Assembly: GCA_027013145.1 (NCBI GenBank)
Contig: JALUXX010000016.1
Span: 254,183-318,182, forward strand
Direction: 5' to 3'
DNA length: 64,000 bases
Source: Gammaproteobacteria bacterium
GTDB taxonomy: Bacteria; Pseudomonadota; Gammaproteobacteria; 21-64-14
Of the stretch, positions 35,520-45,175 are shown in pieces. Below the pieces are notes generated by a model that worked only from the letters and a program-made list of their open reading frames with translations, searched no databases and was not told where the DNA came from. Made by a program: the position numbers and the translations under genes. The number at the start of each line of letters is the position of its first letter. Position 1 is the first letter of the stretch.

Positions 35520-36905
35520 ATGAGGCTCTCGTTTCACGGAGCCGACCGCGACGTGACCGGCTCCTGCCATCTCGTCGAGTGCGGCGGGCGGCGCATCCTC
35601 GTCGACTGCGGCCTGTATCAGGGCGGACGCGAACTCGACGAGGAGAACGCCGAGCCCTTCGGTTTCGACGCCGCACGCATCGACTGCGTCCTGCTCACGC
35701 ACGCCCACCTCGATCACTGCGGGCGTCTGCCGCTGCTCGTCAAGCGCGGGTTCCGCGGCGAGATCGTCACCACCGCGGCGACACGCGAGCTGGCGCGGGT
35801 GGTGATGCTCGACGCCGCCCACCTGCAGGAGGAGGAGGCGGCGCGCAAGGCGCGCCACGCCGCGCGCCGCGGGCAGGGCGCGGCCGCGCGGCCGCTGTAC
35901 ACGGCGCTCGACGCGCTCAACACCCTGGAGTACTTCGGGCGCACGGCCGTCTACGGCGAGGCGTTCGAGATCGCCGCGGGGGTGCGGGCGACGTTCTATG
36001 ACGCCGGACACATCCTCGGTTCGGCGAGCGTGCGGCTCGAACTGGAGGAGGGCGGGCAACGGCGCAGCGTGACCTTCTCGGGCGATCTCGGCAACGCCGG
36101 GCGCCCGCTGCTGCGTGCCCCGGTGGTGCCGCCGCGCGCCGACGTGCTGGTCATGGAGACCACCTACGGCGACCGGCTGCACAAGCCGCTGGCCCCTTCC
36201 GTCGAGGAACTCTACACCGCGGTCGACGACACGGTGCGGCGCGGGGGTAACGTCGTGGTGCCGACCTTCGCGCTCGAGCGCGCCCAGGAGCTGCTGTACT
36301 TCCTGCGCGAGGGGGTCGATGAGGGGCGGCTGCCGCGCTCCATGCAGGTCTTCCTGGATTCGCCGATGGCGATCTCGGCCACGGAGATCTTCGAGCGTCA
36401 TCCCGAGTGTTACGATGCGCGGACGGCGGCGTGGTTCCGCGACGGGCGTGACCCCTTCGCTGTGCCGGGGCTGCATTTCACCCGCGAGAGCGCCGCGAGC
36501 ATGGCGCTCAACCGCATCGCCGGAGGCGCCGTGATCCTCGCCGGCTCGGGCATGTGCACCGGCGGGCGGGTGCGCCACCATCTCAAGCACAACCTGTGGC
36601 GCAAGGATTGCGCCGTGGTCTTCGTCGGTTACGCAGCGCGCGGTACGCTCGCCCGGCGCATCGTCGACGGCGCCGAGAGCGTTCATCTGTTCGGCGAAGA
36701 GATCCCGGTGCGGGCGCGCATCCATACGATCAACGGTTTCTCCGCGCACGCCGACCGCGACGAGCTGCTCGACTGGCACCGGCGCGCGGATCCCGACCGG
36801 ACCTTCCTGGTGCACGGGGACGAGGACGTCATGCGCGCCTTCGCCGCACGGCTCGGCGACGCCCGCATCGAGATGCCGCGGCTCGGCGAGTCCTTCGACC
36901 TGTGA
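35520..36905 (+). CDS. Metallo-beta-lactamase fold, beta-CASP family RNA-metabolising hydrolase
   Basis: 461 aa. Has THAHLDHCG, beta-CASP motifs and a C-terminal RNA-specificity-domain-like end (GFSAHADRDELLDW). Confidence 0.85.
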   Translation: MRLSFHGADRDVTGSCHLVECGGRRILVDCGLYQGGRELDEENAEPFGFDAARIDCVLLTHAHLDHCGRLPLLVKRGFRGEIVTTAATRELARVVMLDAAHLQEEEAARKARHAARRGQGAAARPLYTALDALNTLEYFGRTAVYGEAFEIAAGVRATFYDAGHILGSASVRLELEEGGQRRSVTFSGDLGNAGRPLLRAPVVPPRADVLVMETTYGDRLHKPLAPSVEELYTAVDDTVRRGGNVVVPTFALERAQELLYFLREGVDEGRLPRSMQVFLDSPMAISATEIFERHPECYDARTAAWFRDGRDPFAVPGLHFTRESAASMALNRIAGGAVILAGSGMCTGGRVRHHLKHNLWRKDCAVVFVGYAARGTLARRIVDGAESVHLFGEEIPVRARIHTINGFSAHADRDELLDWHRRADPDRTFLVHGDEDVMRAFAARLGDARIEMPRLGESFDL

Positions 36906-37756
36906 GGGCGGACGCGGACGGCACCCCGCCGGTTGCGGAGGGCGGGGACGGCTCGAGGTCACAGGGGCTCGGACACCGGCTCCTGCGCGGTCTGTGGATC
37001 GGCGCGACGGGTGGATTCGGCGGCGGGCTGGCGAGCCTCGGGGGCGGGACCCTCTTGATCCCGCTGCTGACCGAAGTCGCGGGCCTCAGCGCCCTGCGCG
37101 CGCGCGGCACGGCGCTCGCCGTGGCGCTGGCGTCGGCCGCGAGCGCGGCCTTCGCCTACGCGCACGGCGGGCGGGTGGCGTGGCTCCCGGTGGTATGGAC
37201 CGGCGTGCCGGCGCTGGTCGTGGCCCCGCTGGCGGCGCGCTGGAGCCGGGGGCTGAAGGAGGCGGCGCTGCGCCGCGCCTTCGGTGGGGTCGTGATCCTG
37301 GGCGGGGCGGCGCTGCTGCTGGTCGGTCACGGGTTCGCGGCGGGGTTCGCCGTCGCCTGGCGCGACGGCTATCTGGTGCTGGTCGGCGTCGTCGCCGGCG
37401 CCGTGGCGGGCGTGGTCGGAATCAGCGGGGGCCCGGTGCTGGCGCCGATGTTCGTGCTCGGACTGGGGATGTCGCAGGCGCTCGCACAAGGGACTTCGCT
37501 GGTGACGCGACTGCCCGCCACGGTGAGCGGTTTGTGGGAAAATGCCCGCGAGGGCCATGTGGACTGGCCGCTGGTCCCGGCGCTGGCGCTGGGCGCGGTC
37601 GGCGGTGCCCTGGGCGGCGCGCGGCTGGCGCTGTGGCTGCCCGATGCGACGCTGCGGACCGTGTTCGCCGTGCTGCTGATGCTGCTCGGGATCTACGAGA
37701 TCGCCGGGCGTCCGCGCCACCGGGTCCGCATGCGTCATCACGACCCGTATCCGTGA
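36902..37756 (+). CDS. TauE/SafE-family (sulfite/anion exporter-like) membrane protein
   Basis: There is no ATG. The GTG 36902 overlaps the upstream stop (GTGA). Multi-TM protein rich in G/A/L, with the two-fold repeated pattern typical of TauE/SafE. Confidence 0.7.
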   Translation: MRADADGTPPVAEGGDGSRSQGLGHRLLRGLWIGATGGFGGGLASLGGGTLLIPLLTEVAGLSALRARGTALAVALASAASAAFAYAHGGRVAWLPVVWTGVPALVVAPLAARWSRGLKEAALRRAFGGVVILGGAALLLVGHGFAAGFAVAWRDGYLVLVGVVAGAVAGVVGISGGPVLAPMFVLGLGMSQALAQGTSLVTRLPATVSGLWENAREGHVDWPLVPALALGAVGGALGGARLALWLPDATLRTVFAVLLMLLGIYEIAGRPRHRVRMRHHDPYP

Positions 37757-37799
37757 ACGCCACGGCCGGACCCATTCTTTTGCGACAGGAGCGTAGCCG

Positions 37800-38273
37800 A
37801 TGAGTCTCTATCAGCGAATCCTCGTGCCCGTGGACGGCGGACCGCCCGCATTCCACGCGCTCGACCACGCGATCGCCATCGCCCGCGAGCAGGGGGCGCG
37901 TCTCATGCTCGTCTCGGTGTTGGACGAGGGCGTCGCGGATTACCGTGGTGCGGAGGTCGGCTGGGTCGGGTCGGAACGGCTGCACGAGGAGCTGGCGGCG
38001 CAGGCCCGGGCGGCGCTGGAACGAGCGGGCGAGCGGGTGCGCTCGGCGGATCCGGGGCTCGCCGCGGAGACCGAGATCCTCGAGGCTCCGAAAGGGGAGA
38101 TCTGGAAGCGCATCCTGGAGTTCGCGGGCGAGTGGGGCGCCGATCTCCTGGTGGTCGGAACCCACGGCCGGCAGGGCCTGGACCGGGTCCTGCTCGGGAG
38201 CGTCTCCGAGGCGCTCGTGCGCCACGGACGACTGCCGGTTCTGGTGGTGCCGGCGCCGGATGCGGATTCGTGA
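37800..38273 (+). CDS. Universal stress protein (UspA family)
   Basis: 157 aa. Has ILVPVDGG..A..AL..A...A...GA.L.LV.V and a C-terminal ADLLVVGTHGRQGL...LLGSVSE..VRH...PVLVV. Confidence 0.85.
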   Translation: MSLYQRILVPVDGGPPAFHALDHAIAIAREQGARLMLVSVLDEGVADYRGAEVGWVGSERLHEELAAQARAALERAGERVRSADPGLAAETEILEAPKGEIWKRILEFAGEWGADLLVVGTHGRQGLDRVLLGSVSEALVRHGRLPVLVVPAPDADS

Positions 38274-38626
38274 TCGCCAACTTCCGCGACCACGCCGCCA
38301 ACGAGCGCACCTATCTCGCGTGGATCCGCACGGCGGTCGCCCTCATGGCCTTCGGTTTCGTGATCGAGAAGTTCGACCTCTTCGTCCGGTTTATCACCCA
38401 CGGTCACGGCGGATCGCAGGGCGGTGTGGGCCGCGCCGGAGTCGCCATGCTCGTGGTCGGTCTCGCGATCGTGGCCTTGGCGAGCTGGGGATTTCTGTGG
38501 AACCGGCGCCTCATCGACACGCCGGAGGCGCACGCCTATCAGGCCGTGTGGCCCAACCTGGCCCTGGGGACCGTGGTCGCGGCGCTCGGGGTGTATCTGA
38601 TCGTGCACGTCGTCGCGGCGCTGTAA
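38270..38626 (+). CDS. DUF202 (YidH-like) small membrane protein
   Basis: The GTG 38270 overlaps the usp stop (GTGA). Has ANERTYLAWIRTAVALMAFGF plus two further TM segments. Confidence 0.7.
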   Translation: MIANFRDHAANERTYLAWIRTAVALMAFGFVIEKFDLFVRFITHGHGGSQGGVGRAGVAMLVVGLAIVALASWGFLWNRRLIDTPEAHAYQAVWPNLALGTVVAALGVYLIVHVVAAL

Positions 38627-38784
38627 CCGGAGGGCGGGCGCGGAGAGCGTGGATGTACTGATCGTCGCCGCCGTGGGCGGGGTCGGTCCGGCCGCGTTCC
38701 CTGATCAACACCCGATGGCGGCGGAGGGGATCTGCAAGGCGGCGCGCGGCCTGTTCTGAAGCGCGCCCGGTCGGGGGAAACGGG

Positions 38785-40089
38785 ATGCACAGCGCGGCGC
38801 TGACGCGCGCGGGGCCGATCCGAATGGGAATATTCGACACGCTGCCACAGGTACCGGTCGCCTTCGGCCTGACGGCGCTGTTCGGCTTCGTCATCGGGCT
38901 CGAGCTGCACAGCTACCGGCGGTCCGCGGGCCGGGACCTCGGCTTCGGCACGACGCGCACGCTCACCCTGCTGGCGATCCTGGGATTCGTACTGGCGCTG
39001 CTCGACCCCGGTCTGGGGCTCTACGCGGTCGGGCTGGTCGCCGTGGCCGTGCTGGTGGCGCTGCACTATCGTTCGCGGCTGCGGGAGCGCGAGCAGAGCC
39101 TGCTGCCGGCGCTGATCGCGCTGCTCGTCTACGGCATCGGTCCGCTCGCCCTGCGCGAGCCGATGTGGCTGCTGATCCTCTACGTGGTGGTGGTGCTCCT
39201 GCTGCTCGGCGAGAAGCCCGGCATCCGGCGCTTCTCCGACGCCTTCCGCAGCCACGAGGCCACCACGCTGGTGAAGTTCCTGATCATGGCCGGCCTGATC
39301 CTGCCGGTCCTGCCGGCGCGGCAGATCGCGCCGTTCGTCACCGTGACCTATTATCAGGTGTGGCTCGCGGTGATCGTGGTCTCGGCGATCTCCTACCTGA
39401 GCTATCTCGCCCAGACCTACTTCTTCCCGACGCGGGGGGCGCTGCTCACGGGGGTGTTGGGCGGCCTCTACTCGAGCACGGCCGCCACGGTGGTACTCGG
39501 GCGGCGGGCGCACGGTGCCGGGGAGGGCGCGCGCGTGACGGGGGCGGCGATCGCGGTGGCCAGCGCGATGATGTATCTGCGCCTGTGGGTGCTGATCGCC
39601 CTGCTGGGGCACCGGATCACCGCCGAGCGCCTGGCGGCGCCGTTCGCCGTCCTGTTCCTGCTGCTGCTCGGCGTCGCGTGGTGGATCTACCGGGGTGCGC
39701 GCCGCGAGGGCACGCCGGCACCGTCGGAGGCGCCGCGACACCCCTTGGAGTTCTCCACGGCGGTCCTCTTCGCGGGCCTGTTCGTGCTCTTCGCCGCGCT
39801 GACCCACTTCGTCGTGCGCGGCTACGGCGCGGGGGGCCTGCAGGTGCTCTCCTTCGGCGTGGGCCTGACCGACATCGACCCGTTCATCCTGGCGCTGCTC
39901 GCCGGCAAGTTCCACGTCGCCGAGGCGGCGCTGGAGGCGGCGGTCCTGATCGCCGCAGGCAGCAACAATCTGCTCAAGGCCGGGTATGCGCTGGGGCTGT
40001 CGCGCAACCGCGCGGTGGCGCCCGCGGCGGCCTGGCTGGTCGGGACGTTCGCGCTCTCGCTGATCTATGTCTATTGGGGGCTGCGGTGA
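38785..40089 (+). CDS. MgtC/SapB-like membrane protein with DUF4010 C-terminal half
   Basis: 434 aa, polytopic. The start is uncertain; an alternative ATG lies at 38824. The family call is by overall pattern only. Confidence 0.65.
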   Translation: MHSAALTRAGPIRMGIFDTLPQVPVAFGLTALFGFVIGLELHSYRRSAGRDLGFGTTRTLTLLAILGFVLALLDPGLGLYAVGLVAVAVLVALHYRSRLREREQSLLPALIALLVYGIGPLALREPMWLLILYVVVVLLLLGEKPGIRRFSDAFRSHEATTLVKFLIMAGLILPVLPARQIAPFVTVTYYQVWLAVIVVSAISYLSYLAQTYFFPTRGALLTGVLGGLYSSTAATVVLGRRAHGAGEGARVTGAAIAVASAMMYLRLWVLIALLGHRITAERLAAPFAVLFLLLLGVAWWIYRGARREGTPAPSEAPRHPLEFSTAVLFAGLFVLFAALTHFVVRGYGAGGLQVLSFGVGLTDIDPFILALLAGKFHVAEAALEAAVLIAAGSNNLLKAGYALGLSRNRAVAPAAAWLVGTFALSLIYVYWGLR

Positions 40090-41255
40090 GCGGGACACCC
40101 CATGTGTTGTCGGTGAACACGGGTTCGACCTCGATCAAGCTCGGCCTCTACCGGTTCGGGTCCGGGGGCGAGGAATGCCGGCTGGAGGTCGTCGCCTCGG
40201 GGATCGGCGAGCCCGCCGGCGAACTGCACGTGGGCGGGGGCCGGGATCGGGAGGCGCCCGCGCCGTTTCGGGCCGCCTCCCACACCGAGGCGCTCGGCGG
40301 GGTACTTGCGATCCTCGAGCGCCGCGGATTGCCGGCGCCCGACGCGATCGGGCACCGGCTGGTGCACGGCGGCGCGGCGCACCGGTCCCCGGAGCGGATC
40401 ACCCCGCAGCTCCTGCGCGATCTCGAGGCGGCGGTGCCGCTCGCGCCGCTGCACCTGCCGCCGGCGCTGCAGGCGATCCGTGCGGCCGCGGCGCGCTTTC
40501 CGGCGCATCCGCAGGTCGCCTGCTTCGACACCGGCTTTCACCGCGGTCTGCCGGAGCTGGCGCAACGGCTGCCGCTGCCGGACACGCTGTGGCGGGAGGG
40601 GGTGCGCCGCTACGGGTTTCACGGGCTGTCCTGCGAATACGTGGTGGAGACGCTCGGCGAGAAGGCCCGGGGGCGGTTGATCATCGCCCATCTGGGCGGC
40701 GGCGCGAGCCTCACGGCGGTCCGCGACGGTCGCCCGGTGGATACCAGCATGAGTTTTACCCCGGCCGGCGGGATCATGATGGGGACTCGCTGCGGGGATC
40801 TCGACCCGGGCGTGTTGCTCTATCTCCTGCGTCGCGGGCGGAGCGCGGCGGAGGTGGAACGCGTGGTCGAACACGAATCCGGTCTCCTCGGCGTCTCGGG
40901 CCGCAGCGCCGACATGGCCACGTTGCTGGCCGCGGGCGGCGATCGGCGCGCAGCACTCGCCGTGGATCTGTTCGCCTACCAAGTGCGCAAGCGGATCGGG
41001 GCCTATGCGGCGGTGCTGGGGGGCCTGGACCGGCTGGTGTTCACCGGCGGGATCGGCGAGCACGCCGCACCGGTGCGCGCGGCGGCCTGCCGGGACCTCG
41101 AATTTCTCGGCGTGCGCCTGGATCCGGCGCGCAACGCGGACGGGGCGGGGCGGATCTCGGCGGACGGGGCACCCTGCGAGGTGCTCGTGATGGCGACCGA
41201 CGAAGACCGCATGATTGCGCGCCATACGCATCGGTTGCTGTCCGCCGCATCGTGA
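40086..41255 (+). CDS. ackA: Acetate kinase
   Basis: The GTG 40086 overlaps the upstream stop (GTGA). Has VLSVNTGSTSIKL, GHRLVHGG, FDTGFH, YGFHGLS and FTGGIGE motifs. Confidence 0.9.
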   Translation: MSGTPHVLSVNTGSTSIKLGLYRFGSGGEECRLEVVASGIGEPAGELHVGGGRDREAPAPFRAASHTEALGGVLAILERRGLPAPDAIGHRLVHGGAAHRSPERITPQLLRDLEAAVPLAPLHLPPALQAIRAAAARFPAHPQVACFDTGFHRGLPELAQRLPLPDTLWREGVRRYGFHGLSCEYVVETLGEKARGRLIIAHLGGGASLTAVRDGRPVDTSMSFTPAGGIMMGTRCGDLDPGVLLYLLRRGRSAAEVERVVEHESGLLGVSGRSADMATLLAAGGDRRAALAVDLFAYQVRKRIGAYAAVLGGLDRLVFTGGIGEHAAPVRAAACRDLEFLGVRLDPARNADGAGRISADGAPCEVLVMATDEDRMIARHTHRLLSAAS

Positions 41256-41301
41256 TCGCAGCCGGGCCGCAGGGCGGGCGCGTTGCGCAGCTACTTATAG
41301 A

Positions 41302-42720
41302 ATGGGGAGCGACGTGGAATCGGTGACGGACGTACTGATCGTCGGCGGGGGGCCGGCGGGAATGATGGCGGGGATCACGGCGGCGCAGTCCTGGCCCGGG
41401 AAGCGGGTCCTGTTGGTGCGCCCGGAGGCCGACGCCGTCGTGCCCTGCGGGATCCCGTACATCTTCGGCACGCTCGGGGGGACGGACGAGGATCTGGCGG
41501 GACGGGCGCCGTTTCTCTCGGCCGGCGGGCGGCTCGTCGTGGATCACGTGGTAGCCGTCGATCGGGGGGACCGCAGCGCGGTGCTCGGGCGGACCGGACG
41601 CGTGCGGTGGGAGCGCCTGGTGCTCGCCACCGGCTCGGAGCCGGTCCTGCCGCCGATCCCGGGGCGCGAGCTGTCCGGGGTATTCACGATCCACAAGAAT
41701 TACGAGTATCTGGATCGCCTGCTCTCCGTCGATCTGCCGGCCGTCAGGACGCTCGCGGTCGTCGGCGGCGGGTTCATCGGCGTGGAGTTCGCCGAGGAGG
41801 TGCGCAAGCGCGGCATCGAGGTGCATCTCATCGAGCAGCAGCCCCATCCGCTCGCGAACTCCTTCGACCCGGAGGTCAGTCGTCGGGTGGAGGCGGTGCT
41901 GGGACAGGTCGGCGTGAAGCTGCACACCGGCACGGGTGTCGCCGCGTTCGAAGCGGGCGAAGGCGGCGAGCGCGTCGGCGGGGTGCGCCTGAGCGATGGG
42001 AGCCTGGTCCCCTGCGACGCCGCGCTCGTCGCGCTCGGCGCGCGGCCGAACACCCGGCTCGCCGAGGGCATGGGTCTCACCCTATCGCGCTCGGGCGGCG
42101 TGTGGGTGGACGGCTTCCAGCGCAGCCGCGAGGATCCTGCGATCTTCGCCGTCGGTGACTGCGCCCACAAGCAGGATTTCTTCACGCGCCATGCCAGCCA
42201 CGCGATGCTCGCCTCGCAGGCGGCGGCCGAAGGGCGCATTGCGGGGATGAACCTCTACGGCCTGCGCCTGCTGCGCGCCAACGCAGGGACCATCGCCGTC
42301 TATGCGAGCCGGATCGCGGATCTCTCCTTCGGCGTGGCCGGGCTCACCGAGGCGACCGCGCGCGCCCTCGGTTTCTCGGTCGTCGCCGGCAGCGTGCGCC
42401 TGCCCGATCATCACCCGGCGACGATGCCCGGAACGCAGGAGATTCACTGTCGCCTGCTCTTCGACCGCGTCAGCGAGCGCCTGCTCGGCGGGCAGGTCAC
42501 CGGCGGGGCGACGACGGCTGAACTGCTGAACACCATCGCCATCGCGATCCAGTTGCGGGCGACGGCGACCGATATCGCGAGCCTGCAGTTCGGCAGTCAC
42601 CCGCGCCTCACCGCCCCGGTTCACCCCGTGGTTGCCGCGACCGGAGACGCCCTCGTACGTTGGGGCGGCTCCGGGGCGGACGCGCCCGGTACCACGCCGC
42701 AGGAGGTCGCCGATGGATAA
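41302..42720 (+). CDS. FAD-dependent pyridine nucleotide-disulfide oxidoreductase (NADH oxidase / CoA-disulfide reductase-like)
   Basis: Has DVLIVGGGPAG, a single redox Cys context VVPCGIPY, a second fold VVGGGFIGVEFA, and GDCA. Confidence 0.8.
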   Translation: MGSDVESVTDVLIVGGGPAGMMAGITAAQSWPGKRVLLVRPEADAVVPCGIPYIFGTLGGTDEDLAGRAPFLSAGGRLVVDHVVAVDRGDRSAVLGRTGRVRWERLVLATGSEPVLPPIPGRELSGVFTIHKNYEYLDRLLSVDLPAVRTLAVVGGGFIGVEFAEEVRKRGIEVHLIEQQPHPLANSFDPEVSRRVEAVLGQVGVKLHTGTGVAAFEAGEGGERVGGVRLSDGSLVPCDAALVALGARPNTRLAEGMGLTLSRSGGVWVDGFQRSREDPAIFAVGDCAHKQDFFTRHASHAMLASQAAAEGRIAGMNLYGLRLLRANAGTIAVYASRIADLSFGVAGLTEATARALGFSVVAGSVRLPDHHPATMPGTQEIHCRLLFDRVSERLLGGQVTGGATTAELLNTIAIAIQLRATATDIASLQFGSHPRLTAPVHPVVAATGDALVRWGGSGADAPGTTPQEVADG

Positions 42721-44605
42721 GAAGGGGAAGCCGCCGAAGGGCGGGGCGTCGCAGGACAAACCCCGCATCGAGATCCGGCCGCCGGAAGAGCAAAAATTCT
42801 GGCAGCGGCCGGGATTCAATCTGCTGGTCTACCTGTTGCTCTTCCTGGGCCTGCTCTACTTCTGGCAAACGAAACCCCCGCAGCAGGCGCGCGAGATCCC
42901 CTACAGCGAATTTCTCCAGTACGTACAGAAGGATCAGGTGCGCGAGGCGGTTGTTGCGGGAGACGTCATCGCCGGAACGTTGAAGATCAAGGATCCGAAG
43001 ACCGGCAAGCCGGAGCGCTTCGTCACCGTGCCCTTGTGGCACAGCAACCTTGCGGAGCTGCTCGCGAAGCACGGCGTCAAATACACGGTGCGCTACAACA
43101 GCCACTGGCTCGGCGATCTGTTGTTCAACTGGGTCCTGCCCTTCGGGCTGCTGTTCCTGTTCTGGATCTGGATCGGACGGCGCTTCACTCCCGGGAAGGG
43201 GTTCCTCAACATCGGCAACCGCGTGCGCATCCACCCGGAGGGCGGCGCGAAGGTGACGTTCGAGGACGTCGCGGGGGCGGAGGAGGCGAAGGAGGAACTG
43301 GGCGAGGTCATCGAGTTCCTCAAGGATCCGAGCCGCATCGCCCGCCTCGGCGGGCGCATGCCCAAGGGGGTGCTGCTCGTGGGCCCGCCCGGTACCGGCA
43401 AGACGCTGCTGGCGCGCGCGGTCTCCGGCGAGGCCGGGGTGCCGTTCTTCAATATCAGCGGCTCGGAGTTCATCGAGATGTTCGTCGGCGTGGGGGCCGC
43501 GCGCGTGCGCGAGTTGTTCCAGCAGGCGCGCGAGAAGGCGCCGTGCATCGTCTTCATCGACGAGCTCGACGCCATCGGCCGGGCGCGCGGGATCGGTCCG
43601 GTGATGGGCGGGCACGACGAGCGCGAGCAGACGCTGAACCAGCTCCTTACGGAGATGGACGGCTTCGACCCCTCGGTCGGCGTCGTCGTCATGGCGGCGA
43701 CCAACCGCCCGGAGATCCTGGACAAGGCACTGTTGCGCGCCGGGCGTTTCGACCGGCAGATCGTGGTGGACAAGCCGGACCTGGAGGCGCGTGCCGCGAT
43801 TCTGCGGCTCCACACGCGCGACATGCGCATCGCCGCGGACGTCGACCTGCGCGTGGTGGCGCAGCGCACGCCCGGTTTCGTCGGGGCGGATCTGGCCAAC
43901 ATCGCCAACGAGGCGGCGATCCGCGCGGTTCGCGAGGGGCACGAGGAGATCACGATGGCGGATTTCGAGGCCGCCATCGACCGTGTCATCGCCGGTCCGG
44001 AGAAGAAGCACCGCGCGCTCAACGCCGAGGAGAAACGCCGCGTGGCTTATCACGAGTCGGGACACACGCTCGTGGCCGAGACGGTGCCCACGGCCGAGCC
44101 GGTGCACAAGGTCTCGATCATCCCGCGCGGCGTGGCGGCGCTCGGCTACACGCTGCAGTTGCCCGTGAGCGAGAAGTTCCTCTCCACGCGCGAGGAGTTG
44201 CGCGACCAGCTCGCGATCCTGCTCGGCGGGCGCGTCGCCGAGGAGGTCGTCTTCGGCGACGTCTCCAGCGGCGCCCAGAACGATCTCGAGCGCGCCAGCG
44301 AGATCGCACGCGCGATGGTCACGCAGCTCGGCATGAGCGAGCGGCTCGGTCCCGTCACCTACGGCCAGCGGCAACGGTCGGCCTTTCTGGGGGTGGAGGG
44401 ACCCGAGGAGAGGAACTACAGTGAGGCCACCGCGCAGCTCATCGACGCGGAGGTGCGGGGCCTGGTGGAGGAGGGGCACGCGCGCGCGCGCGAGATCATC
44501 GAGTCGCGCCGGGCGGGGTTGGAGGCTCTGGCCAAAGTGCTCCAGGAAAAGGAAGTCATCGACGGTGAAGAGGTCAAGCGCATCCTCGATGCGGCCGGCG
44601 GCTGA
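42713..44605 (+). CDS. ftsH: ATP-dependent zinc metalloprotease FtsH
   Basis: ATG 42713 overlaps the preceding gene by 8 nt. Has two N-terminal TMs, Walker A GPPGTGKT, the SRH region and the HESGH zinc site. Confidence 0.9.
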   Translation: MDKKGKPPKGGASQDKPRIEIRPPEEQKFWQRPGFNLLVYLLLFLGLLYFWQTKPPQQAREIPYSEFLQYVQKDQVREAVVAGDVIAGTLKIKDPKTGKPERFVTVPLWHSNLAELLAKHGVKYTVRYNSHWLGDLLFNWVLPFGLLFLFWIWIGRRFTPGKGFLNIGNRVRIHPEGGAKVTFEDVAGAEEAKEELGEVIEFLKDPSRIARLGGRMPKGVLLVGPPGTGKTLLARAVSGEAGVPFFNISGSEFIEMFVGVGAARVRELFQQAREKAPCIVFIDELDAIGRARGIGPVMGGHDEREQTLNQLLTEMDGFDPSVGVVVMAATNRPEILDKALLRAGRFDRQIVVDKPDLEARAAILRLHTRDMRIAADVDLRVVAQRTPGFVGADLANIANEAAIRAVREGHEEITMADFEAAIDRVIAGPEKKHRALNAEEKRRVAYHESGHTLVAETVPTAEPVHKVSIIPRGVAALGYTLQLPVSEKFLSTREELRDQLAILLGGRVAEEVVFGDVSSGAQNDLERASEIARAMVTQLGMSERLGPVTYGQRQRSAFLGVEGPEERNYSEATAQLIDAEVRGLVEEGHARAREIIESRRAGLEALAKVLQEKEVIDGEEVKRILDAAGG

Positions 44606-44730
44606 ACGGCGGCCGCGGCCGGTCGGCGCACCGTTTCCGGGCATGAGGGGCGGCGGGGCCTCGTTGCGCCCGCGCCTGTAACCGCGGGCACTGCATGCCA
44701 TAGCGCGGCGGGCGAGAATTCGCGCACGCG

Positions 44731-44744
44731 TTGACGGGCGTCAG
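44731..44744 (+). promoter_or_regulatory. Candidate CRP/FNR-family palindrome
   Basis: TTGACGGGCGTCAG contains the perfect TGAC-N4-GTCA palindrome (TGA-N6-TCA core). It lies between ftsH and the repeat array, about 430 nt upstream of the xfp ATG. Confidence 0.2.
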
Positions 44745-44817
44745 CCACCGGCTCGTGGTGCGGTGGTAGGCTCCGGATGCGGCCGATCCCGGAGACGGGG
44801 GCGCCGAAGCGCGTGCG

Positions 44818-45117
44818 TCGTCGGCCGGGCAAGCCCGGCCCTACGCCATGACCACGGGTGTCGGGGCATCGTAGGGCGGGGCTTGCCCCGCCGCCGCTGC
44901 GGGATGTGCCGGTGGCGCCCGATACGCGCCGCCGGCCGGGCAAGCCCGGCCCTACGCCATGACCACGGGTGTCGGGGGCATCGTAGGGCGGGGCTTGCCC
45001 CGCCGCCGCCGCGGGATGTGCCGGTGTCGCCCGATAGGCGCCGCCGGCCGGGCAAGCCCGGCCCTACCCCGTGACCACGGATGCGAAGGGCGCCGTAGGG
45101 CGGGGCTTGCCCCGCCG
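44818..45117. repeat. Tandem array (about 2.7 copies of a 111-112-bp unit) built from inverted pairs of REP-like hairpins (BIME-like)
   Basis: Hairpin A, ggccgggc-aa-gcccggcc, occurs at 44823, 44934 and 45046. Hairpin B, ggcggggc-tt-gccccgcc, occurs at 44875, 44987 and 45099. B with its gtaggg flank is the reverse complement of A with its ccctac flank, apart from one compensated stem pair. The inter-hairpin sequence is also conserved. Confidence 0.85.
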
Positions 45118-45175
45118 AGGCCCCTGGATGTACCGGCGTCGGCAGCGACCGGGTAACCGAGCGAGGAGACGAGCG

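Noticed and set aside
44818-45117. Possible CRISPR array, given regularly spaced palindromic repeats
   Set aside because: The sequence between the hairpins is itself repeated, so there are no unique spacers. The period of about 112 bp holds two inverted hairpins. No cas genes or leader are present. This is a REP/BIME-type tandem duplication.
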